Shown in pieces: positions 23,604 through 36,349 of a stretch of 51,994 nt of DNA. The notes under the pieces were generated by a model. That model made no database searches. It was given only the letters and a program-made list of their open reading frames with translations, and was not told the DNA's origin. Every line of letters starts with the position of its first letter. Within the stretch, counting starts at the first letter, position 1. The translations under genes and the position numbers were made by a program. Location of the stretch: assembly GCA_032718475.1 (NCBI GenBank), contig JAUCBJ010001089.1, positions 1 through 51,994 of the forward strand, in the 5' to 3' direction. Source of the DNA: Nemertoderma westbladi. Lineage: Eukaryota > Animalia > Xenacoelomorpha.

Positions 23604-25163
23604 CTATTCCAAATATATAATTATTAATTAGTAAGAGTAAAATCGAGACCAGCCTAATACATATTATATAATTACATTCCGATACAAAACTTTCTAGAAA
23701 ACTATAAATAATTGAATTCAATTAATTTACATTAAGGTAAAGGAACAGGTTACAGTGGTAGTGTTTTCTAAAACAATAAACCAAAATTTATTTCACCAAT
23801 TTGCGCTGTAGATCACTTCTTTCGCTTGATGTCAATTTGAGCGACTATTGGAAGGTTGAATGGACGGAGATTTGCAGAAATGTATTAACCAACATTTTGG
23901 TAAATTTGAAGTTAGTGACGTCATAGGACGCCTGGGATAAATGAAAAACCGTTAAAAAAACCTTTAGTCGAAATCACGACTTGAATCCACCTTGATTTTA
24001 CAGAAATATACTAACCCTAATTTTCAGCAAAACCATCATTTTACAGAAATGTTTTAACCATTATGTTAAACTAATAATTACCAACTAATTAAACATAAAG
24101 CAATATTTCGCACCAGCGAGTCTCGGAGGACTCTGCAGTACTGTGTGGAAGTTGTAGAAGTCAACATATCGCCTAGGCAAGCCGTTCACTAAGTCTTCAG
24201 CTTGGAATCACAGATGTGATCGCTGCGATCATCAAGTAACTCTCAGTTTTTGTATTTGTAAATGATTAATGTATATTTTCGTTCATGCTTAGCTAGCTTT
24301 TAATGTTTAAATTTATTAATAAATAGTCAAATCAAACAAATTAATTTTGTAAAATAAAAAATTGATGATTAAATACGTTGAGTAGACTAGTGATATTCAT
24401 TAGCGTAAGTGAGCCATTGTGACTACCGAAGGCGTTTTCGTTGTGTTTCGTTTCACAGCAAAGCAGTTCTTCTGTACAGTCAATCTAAAAAACCTATTAT
24501 CGTTGAGATGGTCGCATCTCTACTGAATTGCAACTTCAATTTGCTTAATCTATCGAATAACTACTACACAACTGACTAATCTGAAAGAGTCACACACAGC
24601 CTTCAAGTTGTATAATGAACCTGTCTTTAGACTGGGTAGTTTTTGTCTAAAGCTGAGCCCGGCAAAAACACGATGGATGTTTGTATGTATGTATGTTTAA
24701 CCACCAAATGTCTTCAAACTTGCTTGTATTGGTAAATTGCAAATATTAAAATTTTCGCGACTATTTATCAATTAGTATCTAGTTGTTGAATAAAAATGTT
24801 GGGAACGATTCGGTGTGCGATATTCGAAATATTAGCATATTATCAACATTATGGAACGCGAAATTAAATACCTACAACTACACCTTGACAGTTGAACAAC
24901 ATTTCACTAATTATTGTCAATTGGAGTATACCCACGTTAATTAAATCGTTAATTATTGTTCATCATGTCAGTTAGTGTAATGTCAAGCAGTACATAGGGC
25001 CTATTGTCATTTATTAAGAAGCTCTTAGCTTCTTTCCTGTCTCCATTTTTCCGCAGATTTTTGGACAACATGGTGATGGTGATGATGAAGGAGAAAAACG
25101 TTGTGGCATGTAGCTCTCTGATTGGCTAGAGCTACAATATCATTCATGTATAGGCCTAATATA

Positions 25164-26881
25164 CGGCAGCTCCAAACCAAAACCCAGTAAGTACATTTGA
25201 TAAAAAAGTAGGTAAAAAAAGTAAGTACATTGATTCATTGCGTTGCCAATTTTCTATACTGTGTAACTCTACTATGTGGATTGTTTAATCCGATTCTAGA
25301 ATATGGACTATAAATATCTTGATTAATACAACCCGGGTGGGTTAACTCGAGTACCACTATCTGGCTGAATGGATTTCGTATTATCTACGCATAATTGTAT
25401 AATTATCGTGCAATTGATTAATTTGTTAAACGCAAGGTCATTGACCAATGTTATGTTATTGTATTGTGTTGTAACACGTTTAACCTCACATATCGATTCA
25501 TTGCGGTTATTCCTGATTACAAATCAGCAATGAATTTGATTTCGTTTGAAATGTTGGATCTGTATGGCCGTTGGCCTACTTTTATTTTGTGCATAACTGA
25601 TTAAATAGTTTTAACTCCATGTCCATGTAACCTAAGTTACATTTAGTCTAATACTAGTACCCTCAAGGTAATTTATAGCCGGACTATTATACAAGTTTTC
25701 TAAGTCTTAATGGTATCTTTATAACTTTTAGCTATGGACAGTGTTTCTGGTTATTTTAATGTTTTATCTGCCAATTTTACTGAATAAATGCCGGCTCGAC
25801 CGGGCGCAACAAGTTAATAAATAATAAATAAAATAAGTACATTTTTTGACTTTTCGAGATAATCGCGTTTACAATTTCTGGACTTTAAACAGCTGGCATT
25901 TGGTTGAAATTTAATTTGATGAGTTATAATTTTGTGTACCTATACAAATTGTACATATAGATTATTAGTGCCAAAACTTTTTTTTTAATTTATTCCTTAC
26001 TTTTCATATAAATCGACTTACATGGTTTTGGTGTGGTTGAAAAGAAAACAATTGTGATTTTTGATGCATCAATACCCAGTAACGTCATGATTCCCATTTC
26101 AAAACACACAGTAACTAATTTCCCACACCAAAAGCCAGTAAACTAACATTTAACTTTTTTTTCATTTAACTTAATCAGTTACCCTTTCCCTTGCCAAGTA
26201 GCTGACAAGTCCCTTCGCCAAAACCCAGTAACTCTGACTTCCTTCGCCAACGGTTAGCGAAAACAAAGAGGCAACTTTCTAGAATATAATATTCTGGAAC
26301 ATTTAATTATTTGTCTACGTCTGTTGCGTTGCCGGAGTTACTGGGTTTTGGTTTGGCATAGTATCTGCATTCGGGAAATCCCACGTCAAAACCCAGTATC
26401 TTAAACTGATAGAAACCCAGTAACTCTGTTTACTGGGTTTTGACGTGGTAAATCTGACATTGACAATATACATACTGGGTTTTGACTTGGACAATTTGTC
26501 TTTCGGAAACGATATTCGATTTTGTTCAGAAATTACCATGTGAAAACCCAGTAAAGAATTTTGCTCGAAACCCAGTAAGTGCAGTTACTGGGTTTTGGCG
26601 TAGGATTTTGGGATTTTTGAGCACATACTGGGTTTTGATGGAGTAACTTTTCCAAAATAACACCAGAAACGATACACGAAACCCAGTAACTAGCATTACT
26701 GTGTTTCGACGTGGTATTTGCTCTAAATTAGCTAATTAGTTAATTAATTAATTGTTAATTACTGCGAGATCGGTTAGTGCTACGGTTTCGGAACTTAGTC
26801 AGATGAATTCTACGCCCCCAAAAACCCAAAAAATCGATTTCGAAAAAAATTTACATACTGGGTTTTGGTTTGGAGCTGCAG
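25164..26881. mobile_element. Non-autonomous TIR DNA transposon flanked by TA (Tc1/mariner-like), rich in AAACCCAGTA subrepeats
   Basis: Left TA|CGGCAGCTCCAAACCAAAACCCAGTA; right TACTGGGTTTTGGTTTGGAGCTGCAG|TA (one mismatch in 26 bp). More than ten internal AAACCCAGTA/TACTGGGTTT copies. No transposase ORF. Confidence 0.8.
25232..25833 (+). mobile_element. Nested retroposed fragment (LINE 3' end or SINE) inside the TIR element
   Basis: Ends in an AATAAATAATAAATAAAA tail and is flanked by the direct repeat TAAGTACATT (25222-25231, 25834-25843). Confidence 0.55.
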
Positions 26882-27026
26882 TATACTACAATAATAATAC
26901 TATTAGTTGGCACACTGACACTGGGGAGAGTTATTCAGCTGGCGGAATAATACATTACAATCTAACAGTTAATATTTGATTACTTATCTGGGATAGAGTG
27001 AGAGAGTAATAAACTTGCCAAGTAAT

Positions 27027-27094
27027 GTGGGGCGAGACACGAATGGCGAGCCATCAGCGAACTGATATAATTATACTATAGCCGTTTTTCAAAA

Positions 27095-27125
<31 letters not shown>

Positions 27126-28660
27126 ACATGTGTGTGTGTCGGTAGCCATAAATGTCGGAAGCCATAATCTAAATTAATATATTCAGCTAAAGAGCACCAA
27201 TCTGAGCGAATGATACATCGGTTAGCCAGGTAGCTAGCTACTTGCAGACCAATCATAGGTGGCCTGCAGCAGGCTGGGTTGGTTAAGTAGTAATCTCAAT
27301 AAATAGGACCCAGCAGGAGAGCGGAGTGGATCTACTGTGATTGGTTCTTGACTTACATTGGTAAGAACCAGCAGTAAATCTTAGATTAGCTTTTTTCAGT
27401 TCACATATTGTTTATAATCATAAACACAAAATGATTCAATTATTCAATTTTGCAATGTACCCGATGGGTGCTAGCGAGGTAGGCCTAGCAGGTCGTCAGT
27501 CCGTCATCCTACAAGTTGGATCTTGACTCTATCATGTGCGTTCATCTATATGATGCAGACCATCCTGAGCCCGTGAACATGAATTGTAAAGGCTATCTCG
27601 AGGCTGATTATTTTACACATTTACTTGATACTTGCATGAATGCGTCTTTGAGGTAAAATTGCATTATTCTGCAGTTGTTTTGTTATCTGAGAAATTACTG
27701 ATCAGCAAGCAGGAAATTATAACAGCATCATCGTAACCACTCTGCTGACACTTTGCAGAATAAATTCTACCAGACCATAGCTGCGTGTTGGGAGGACGCC
27801 GACCAGTTTGCGGTTCTTCAGTCTGCCACTAGGAGGGCGGAAATGTCTGAAAGTGAAAATCTTATCCTATTTTGTTATTAATAATGATTTTTAGCTGATA
27901 CTTAGGTCCTTTACACAATATGTTTATAATGTTTTTTTTGCTGATACCAAGCAGAGTATACTACACCGTAAGGGTGTGTATTTGGGCTTGGGGAGACGAT
28001 GACCAATCTACAGTTCCCCAGTCTGCCGCTATTAGGGGATGAAATGTCTGAATGAGGAAACCTACAATTTTGTTGTTTATGAATGCTTTTTTGCTGATAC
28101 TTGGCACTTGGCAGGCAGTCTGCCACTAGGGGGCGAAATGTCTGAAATTACAACCTTCCATTTTAATACGATAGAGTTGCTGCAGTGACCTACTGCACTA
28201 TAGGTTATGTTTGCGAGGACGCTAACCACTACTCTGCAGTTATACAGTTTTCCAGTTACACACGCAGTTATACATGTAAAGTTTTGTTAAGTTAATTAAT
28301 TAATTTATTTATGTTTGATATTGTCCATTGATTGATTGACTGTATAGAAGCTTGTGAACTAGAAGGTTTCTAGTGTTATATATAAATATGCATTGTCTGT
28401 CTGTGAGTCTATGAGTCTGTGAGTCTGTCCAAGCTATACACTCCGACACACGAGCACCAATCTGAGCAAATGATCGAAAGCTCTCTTCCCGAGCACATAA
28501 ACTATCGCTATCTCGAGGCTAATTTTACTTGTTTGTTTGCGTGAATGCGTATTTTGTGTGGGGCGAGACACGAATGGCGAGCCATCAGCGAACTGATATA
28601 CTGTAATTATACTATGGCCGTTTTTCAAAAGTCTCTGTGTGTGTATGTGTGTGTGTGTGA
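27027..28660 (+). mobile_element. Cluster of Helentron/HINE-like non-autonomous elements (two heads, (GT)n and GTCT microsatellites, core repeats)
   Basis: Near-identical heads TGTGGGGCGAGACACGAATGGCGAGCCATCAGCGAACTGATATA..GCCGTTTTTCAAAAGTCT(GT)n at ~27027 and ~28557. Duplicated GAGCACCAATCTGAGC (27192, 28452) and CTATCTCGAGGCT. Core repeats GTCTGCC..TAGG..GAAATGTCTGAA at ~27821, 28021, 28118. The family assignment rests on architecture only. Confidence 0.55.
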
Positions 28661-29959
28661 CAACAAGGCATGAACAAGGGCAGCCGTGCCCAATAATATT
28701 TCTTGAAGTTGTACATTACTAAAATGGCAGCTAAAGCTAAAGTCATTGACCAAGCCAGTGCCTAGGCTAGCACACAAGGACATGGCCTAACCTGTAGTAG
28801 TCTAGTAGAAGGAATAGTGCTCCTTCAATACATCTCAACAGACATCAATTCATTTGCCTCTGCCTACCATAACATAACATATATGCTTGATTTCCAATCA
28901 CCTCTCACCACAATTATTATTAGTAATTAAAAGTTTCAATTCGATTTGTCTTTCCGTTATATGGTTATTCAGTTATTGCATTATTAATAAACAAATGTTT
29001 TAAAATATATCTTAGGCCAGTATTGGTTGACAAAAGGAGATACGCAATGCGTATCCCATTGCGCCTCATAATAGCCTCTCGTCAACAAGTCAACCCCACC
29101 GACTAGCGGCACTGGCTGTTTCAGCTGACGGGGCTCTGTCGAAAAACGCGTCCCTGATGCAGTAAGGGCCCTCTTTTGAGGAGCAATATTATTATTGCCG
29201 CGGAACTGCTTCTACTCTAGGCCAGACCTAGCCAGAAGTAGAATCCTCACCAACCATCAACACGAATAGATAAATCTGACACTTGCCCCAACACCCCCCC
29301 CCCCCCCCCCCCGCCCCAATGAGGCAGAGGCAGACCAACAACACACCTCTTCACCTCTACCGATGTCGGAGAGTAAAATACCACGCATTATAGAATACAG
29401 GATAAGTTTGATCCAAGCAATGCAACGAAACCTGTAAGTTAGAAAATGCATGGTCCCAATATTTGCAAAATAATTACAAAGTCCTACATTTATTTTGCAT
29501 GAGATACTAACAACCCGTCACTAACCACAACAAACGTACTGTATAGTACAGTAGCCTGTCGTATTCGCCCAAATACGGCAGTATAACTCTGGGTTCAGAG
29601 AACGTGTACATATTGACAGGCGGCAATCCCCGGATACAGTACCATGCATGTGTTTGATATAAATATTAGATTTCTACTTCCATACAATTCTCATTGATTC
29701 CGCAGGTCAATGTTATAATTAAAACAGTCAATTTGATATATTCTTCCGATTCCATAGGCGGCTTACACACCAACTCCCACCCTACAGCCCTATTTATCCC
29801 AATCCATCAATTTTTGTCACAGGTGTGGTCTGAGGATACTCCATTATACACGAAGTGGGGCCTTCGCGCAGCACGTGACTTAAATTTAATTTAAGTACTA
29901 ATTCGAAAGTATTACTGTATTAGCAAATTTTAAGCAGATTTCGCCTAATCACTTTTTAC

Positions 29960-30855
29960 CTCTTTCATTTCTATTCAGACATTTCTGACTCTAGCGGTAT
30001 AGTGAGAACTGAAGATGGATTAGGGTCTCCAGCCCCACAAAGACACAGCCTATGGATGAATAGTACATACGTACATCGGCCAAGTTTCATCTTGAATAAC
30101 GGATAACGAAATGAGAGACGGATCTCACTTTCAGAAATTTCGTCGTATAGCGGCAGACCGATTAAATCTCCCCCCCCCCCCCCCCCCCCCCCCACAAAGA
30201 CGCAGCATGTGGTCCAGAATATATGGCAAGATTCAGCTTAAACTGATTAAAAATTAAAATCAATGAGACGGGAGAATCTATTCACTTTCAGGCATAAAGT
30301 AGTCCTATAGCGGGTGACTGTTGAACTGATTTTCAACAAAACAAATTTTCAACTTGGCAGCTTTAAATTCGACAAAGTTATAAGCATGTCAATATCATGA
30401 CGACGACAACGATTTCACTTTCAGACATTTGGCCCTCTAGCGGCAGACTGGAGAACTGCAGATGGATTCGCCTCCTTTGAAAGTCACAGCTAATGGTCTA
30501 ATACAAATCTGCCAAGTTTCAGCTTAAACGGATTAAAAGCAAAGAAATGGGAGGGCATTTAATGTTTAGACATGTGGCCCTCTAGCGGGAGACCATTGCA
30601 CTGATGGTGTCTGAAAGTCTCTCAAAAATCTCAACTTTTGCTCATATTGATACCTACAAATTTTCAACTTGGCAGCTTTAAATCCGACAAAGTTATTAGC
30701 ATGTCAAAATCGTAACGACGACGACGACGACAACGACGACGACGACGACGACAACGACGACGACGACGACGACAACTATTTGCATAAATTGACCCACCCC
30801 CTAACAGTGCCAATTCGCTAAGGCTCCGCCAACTTCGTGGCTCGCCCCACAAAAT
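29960..30855 (-). mobile_element. Related HINE-like element in the opposite orientation, with (GAC)n microsatellite and ~150-bp core repeats
   Basis: The reverse complement of 30810-30855 (GTGGGGCGAGCCACGAAGTTGGCGGAGCCTTAGCGAATTG) aligns with the 27027/28557 heads. (ACG)n at 30715-30775. Five cores TTCAGACAT..CTAGCGG at ~29975, 30129, 30286, 30420, 30566. Confidence 0.55.
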
Positions 30856-31415
30856 GAGTTTTTCATCCTGATAACTCTGTTTAATTTGACAATGTTTATA
30901 ATGATAACTTCACCTCGATTCATATACCATAAGCATCAAACAGTCTTGCAATGTAATAAATCTGCCCAATAACTCATTGAACCGGAAGGACGCCCCAGGC
31001 TGACAACATAAATCAAAGCTAAAGTAAACATTATCTCTCCTTCATGTACTTATGTCTTCAATAATATACTACCCAGAGACAGTCAGTCCCAGGCTATACA
31101 AAATTAGTTACCTCGGAGCCAGCAGCTGCTACAGAGTATTACATAACCCAAATCCATTTACTATAACATTGCCTTTCTTTCCATTTCTTTGTCACATTTT
31201 CTCAGTTACCCCCCCCCCCCCCACACCCCACCCCACCCCACCCCTAAGCAGTCTCATCAAACCACCTGAATTATTGCAGGAGTTAAAAGTATCACATTGT
31301 CCTAATCCAAATCAACTTGAGATACAAAGAGCAACGTTTATTTATTTATTTTTCAGATACATCGCCAACACTTTCTTCTTTTTGTTCATATTAAGTATAC
31401 CGTAAAAACTCTTAA

Positions 31416-32606
31416 CCCAGTGGCTCCCTACTGTAAGAAATGTACATACGCCAAATGTCAATATGTGCGCCGCGTCGTCGGTTTCCGAGTGGCCCACACC
31501 CGCTTAGGTGTGCCCACTGCGGATCTTCCGTTGTAAACCAATTTGGTCAGGTCAAATCCAAACATTCACTGGAGATCACCAAATGGGGCGCTATGTGAAA
31601 CACCGTGCAGACACGATGATGAAATATATCTTACGAAATATGGTTAATAATTAAAACGTGTCGCTAACATTCTCGCTGTGGGGGTTTTAAGGGGTGCTGA
31701 TTACATTTCTGATGTCAGTTTTCACGTTTACATAAATCTAGTCTGTCTGTCTGTCGGTCATTCTGTTAGTCAGTCTGTCAAAACATAAAAAACAATTCAA
31801 ATTAACTAACATTCTCGCTATGGGGGTTTTAAGGGGTGCTGATTACATTTCTGATGTCAGTTTTCACGTTTACATAAATCTAGTCTGTCTGTCTGTCGGT
31901 CATTCTGTTAGTCAGTCTGTCAAAACATAAAAAACAATTCAAATTAACTAACATTCTCGCTATGGGGGTTTTAAGGGGTGCTGATTTCATTTCTGATGTC
32001 AGTTTTCAGGTTTACATTAATCTAGTTTGTCGGACTGTCGGTCTTTCTGTCAGTCAGTCAGTCTGTCAAAACTTTAAAAAGAATACAAACTAACTAACAT
32101 TCTCGTTATGGGGGTTTTAATGGGTGCTGATTTCATTTCAGATGTCAGTTTTCACGTTTAATAAATCTAGTCTGTCTGGCTGTTGGTCTGTCGGTCTTTC
32201 TGTCAGTCAGTCTGTCAAAACTTAAGAAAGTATACTAACTAACCAACATTCCCGCTATGGGGGTGTTAAGGGTTGCTGATTTCATTTCTGATGTCAGTTT
32301 ACACGTTTACATAAATCTAGTCTGTCTGTCTGTCGGTCTTACTGTCAGTCTGTACTACTGTACTGTGGTTGGCATTACGCCATATACCTAACACTAATAC
32401 TACAGTCTACAATACAGCCTATCTACAGTACAGAATGGATTTTTTGCCATGAAGAGCACTAAATGTCTTTAATACTATCCACCAGTATACCTAGACCAAG
32501 AGCCTTCCAATGAAACATGTATTGCAGCATATTGCAGCATGACGTCCACTGCATGTCTTAGTGTTGTCCATGGTGACATGCACTGGACGTCATAGGCTCT
32601 AAGGGG
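31416..32606. mobile_element. Possible non-autonomous piggyBac-like element enclosing the ~143-bp repeats
   Basis: TTAA|CCC at 31412-31418 and GGG|TTAA at 32604-32610. The TIR match beyond CCC is poor. Subterminal 19-bp hairpin at 32539-32593. Confidence 0.4.
31665..32352. repeat. Five tandem ~141-148 bp units ending in GTCT microsatellites
   Basis: Unit start AACATTCTCGCTATGGGGGTTTTAAGGGGTGCTGATT at ~31667, 31808, 31950, 32096, 32245. Confidence 0.92.
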
Positions 32607-33509
32607 TTAAGCAACACGGTCCCTACTTCTCCCTGTCGACACCCCAGCCATTTTTCACCAATCATTTTTTAGAGTTTTTAAATTTTTTTGTTATTGGTGA
32701 AAGTTCTAGAACATTAGTAGATATGTTCTTTATGATAGCTACCGGTAGTGTTTTTTGCTAGCTAGTATTTTTAGAAATTATAAAAAATGTGAAAGTCCAT
32801 GATATTTCAGGTTAAACTGTTGAAGAATATATTAATGACCAAAATAATTTCCAAAAATTACTAGCTAGTAAAAAATACTAGCTATATACCATAAAAAATC
32901 TACTAAGGTTCTAGAACATTCACTAATATAAAAAAGCAATCAAAATCACAAAAAAATAAAAGTTAAAAAACTCATTCGGGACACTTTTGCTTAAGGAGTC
33001 AAAATTGTAGAAAAAATTACCGAAGTTTGCGACGTTTGCGAAATTCGCGACGTTTGCGAAATTCGCGAAGAATCCGTCAGTTTCTGTGCCCTAATGGGTT
33101 CGTGCCAAAACAATCAATTCTTACACACTTAACACACACGAACTAATTTAAAGTGGGTATTAGTATGCCTGAATAATTAAATAGAAATTAAGTTAATGAA
33201 CGCTATTTCAACATGAAATCTACGGAATCAATACACAACACACGCACACTACTGAATTTAAAAATTTATATAGATTGCAACTTATATTTGCCTACCTTTT
33301 AATGGGTGACTAATTTAATTATTCAACCCTATATATTTGTAGCCTTTTTAATTTGTGCCTCTAATTGAATCAAACATTAAACTAAAATATATGTCACAAT
33401 ATTGGTCTGTCTGTAGCTGGTCAATGAATCCCTCATAAATTTGTTAATTAGTCGCTGCTCAGTCATTGAACATTTGAACACGTGCTGCTCGAAGACCCCA
33501 CAACGTGTA

Positions 33510-34547
33510 CTGGATTTAGGACACTTCCCCCCCGCCCAAGTACAGTAGGACACTCCCCCCCCCGGACACTTTCCCCCCGCCCAAGTAGGACACTCCCCCC
33601 CGGACACTTCCCCTCCAGTTAAAGTGTTAAAATTAATCTGGGTGCACCAAAGGAATAAACAAAAGTTAAAGATGGTCACAGGACAAGTTGTATCTAGTCA
33701 AGTTTTTTCAAAATTACAAAAGAAGCATTTTTATAGTCAAAATTTTGTTTGTTTTTCTTTTAATTGGGGGCTGCCGCTCCCAAACCCCCGCTTCTTTGGT
33801 TGGGGGCTGCCGTCCCCAAACCCCGGCATTCCTGTGTGCCCGTGGTGAAAGACTTTGAGACCATTTTTAAATAATTAATTCATGTTTGTACATCAGATAA
33901 TAAATTGACTAAGCCTAAAGTAGGAGCTGTATTGAATGTTAACCAATTTAATATATAAATTACTACAATATTATATAATTCAACAAAATCCTATTAAAAA
34001 AATTGCAAGTAACCAGGAAATTTAATTAGTTTATCAATATGTAATGCTGAACACAGAATACAGGTCGATGCATGTCGATTTTACCCTGGAGAGGTATAAT
34101 TTTGATTGCAACAATAATATTCATCCTCATCTGCTACAATTTGAAGAAGACTATTACATAATAATACCTATAATTAAAACAATTAATTATTATAATTCTG
34201 TAGTTAATAAAAACAGTATATCATTCGGGGGATGGAATTTATAGGTCATCTAATTAATTGTTTAAAGATTAGCAAACAATACAATACATTTGCATTGATA
34301 AAATCCATAAATAAAACTTGGATACAAAATGTAAAATCGGGATGCAAAAGATCACTTTCTGAGCTAAGAAAGGAAAATTGGATACAACTTATCTGGATAC
34401 AAGCGGTCCGTTTACCTTACAAAATGAAAAATACGAATGTGCGAAGTTAAGAACAGTCGGGGGGGGGGGGGGAGTGTCCGGGGGGGGGGGGGGGTGTCCT
34501 ACTTGAACGGGGGGGAACTGTCCGGCGGGGGAAGTGTCCGTACACCA
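33510..34547. mobile_element. Foldback/MITE with inverted GGACACTTCCCCC subterminal arrays
   Basis: C-rich array GGACACT(T)CCCCC at 33519-33614 is mirrored by GGGGGAAGTGTCC / GGGGTGTCCTACTTG at 34459-34540. Confidence 0.7.
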
Positions 34548-34896
34548 ATGTACTTCTCTGCAGTTTGGGCCTATCCATTCAATCAATAGTAGTTAGTAGC
34601 TTACTAGGCCCTCATGAGTACCAGCAGCAGGTGTTTCTATCGTTGAGTCTTTCTTTCGTGTTATGTGGCTATTTTTCGAAATAAAAAAAGACACTTTAAT
34701 AATATTTTCTGAAACATTTTGCCACATCCTGGGGTTGAGCTGCGTCGATTTATAAAACTTTCATTGACTGACGAGCTATAGCTTCATAGCTGCTATAGAG
34801 TTCACCCGATATACATAGATAGTGAATACTTTAACAGTAAGAAGTACATACTAACTACTACTACTAGTATCGGCATGCTGCATTGCAGCTGCATTT

Positions 34897-36345
34897 TTAA
34901 GAATGCTGTGCCGGCTTGTCGACAAAATTGCGCCGCCACAACTCCTTATCACCCATGATATTTGATAGATCATCCGCATCTTCAAGACCAGTGTTCTTTA
35001 AGATGCGTCTCAAGAAAGTCATGGGCTGTCCACCATGCTTATTCATTCCATGGGGCTGCCAAAGTACAAGATTATGCACTGGCTGGTCCTCACGGCGAAA
35101 GCAATGTCCTGCAAAGCGGAGGCGATTTTGTTCTAGTGTCAAGCTTGGGGGAACCAATGAGACACCTCCAATGTTATATAGTGTCTGGTTGGAGATGTGT
35201 GCATTGTACTTGACACAATGAACCCGGCGTAGCATTCTTGTGAATGTGCCATCCAGAGATTTGGTGTCCTCAGCAGTTAGAGCCCAGCATGGACTCCCAT
35301 AGACTGGAACTATTGCTGCTCTAAATAATCGGACCTTAAGTTTCCGATTAATTCTCGGAGACTTCCAAATCCTGGAAAGCCTATTCAAGGCTGCCCATGC
35401 CTTTCCCTTACGTATTCGAAGGTCCTCACCTGACTTCCGGATCCATGATCCCAGGTAACAGAAGTCGTCCACATGCTCAAGCATACCATCCTTTGAGCTT
35501 ATGCTCATCCGATCAGAGACTTGCTGAGAACTGATGAACTTGCTGAGAAAGTTAACTGTCAAAATTGTGGTCTTTCTGGAGTTAATAAAAAGACCAACAC
35601 TAGAAGCAGCATGTTCTAATGAGCTGAGGAGCCGTTGGGCTCCCTCTAGTGATTCTGAGAGTACTCCTAAGTTATCAGCAAAGTCTAGATCAGTTAGGTA
35701 CTTGGCAGGATTTCCTCGACTTCTGGAGCCAGTAGGTGGAGTTATCATCACCCTATCATCATTATGATGATCTAAGGACATGCATAGAACATAGTCAACC
35801 ACAATTATGAACAAGAATGGTGCAAGTGTGTCTCCCTGGAGGATGCCCCATAACACTTCAAATGGTTCTGTGTCACCATCAACAGTAGACACAAATGTTG
35901 TCGAACCATCGTATACTGATCTGATTGCTGCAATAATTTCATCAGGAATTCCATATAATGAAAGTATGCTGAACATACGTGAGCGGGAGACTGAATCAAA
36001 GGCCTTGAAGAAGTCAACAAAGATAACAGCCAGATGCCTGTCTTTCTTTTTTGATAACTCTTCAATTATCCTTCTAATTGCCAAAATGGGTTCCATGGTC
36101 CCACGACCTTTACGGAACCCATTCTGATTTCCACGGAGCAGTCTCTCAATGGGATCCCTGATGCGATTTAATAGAATTCTATTGTATAGCTTTGCAGCAA
36201 TCGAGATCAATGAGATTCCCCGAAAAGAACCATAGAGTGTTAGGTTGCCCTTCTTGGGAACTGGCACCAACGTATTTGTTTTTATTTATTGTGGGACTCT
36301 TGTTGTTCGGTACATGTCTACTATGATGGGATAGATGAGCTTTAA
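34897..36345 (-). pseudogene. Reverse transcriptase domain of the LINE (defective)
   Basis: VPVPKKG, FRGISL, QNGFRKGR, FVDFFKAFDSV, GILQGDTLAPFLF, DFADN (canonical FADD), FCYLGS. There is an in-frame TAA just upstream of VPVPKKG. Confidence 0.9.
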
Positions 36346-36349
36346 ACAC

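Noticed and set aside
23916-23923. CRE site TGACGTCA (also at 8068-8075) as a promoter element
   Set aside because: Isolated 8-mers without a mapped transcription start are not supportable.
29100-29200. Hammerhead ribozyme-like words (CTGA.., CGAAA)
   Set aside because: No CUGANGA core with correctly ordered GAAA and pairing stems was found.
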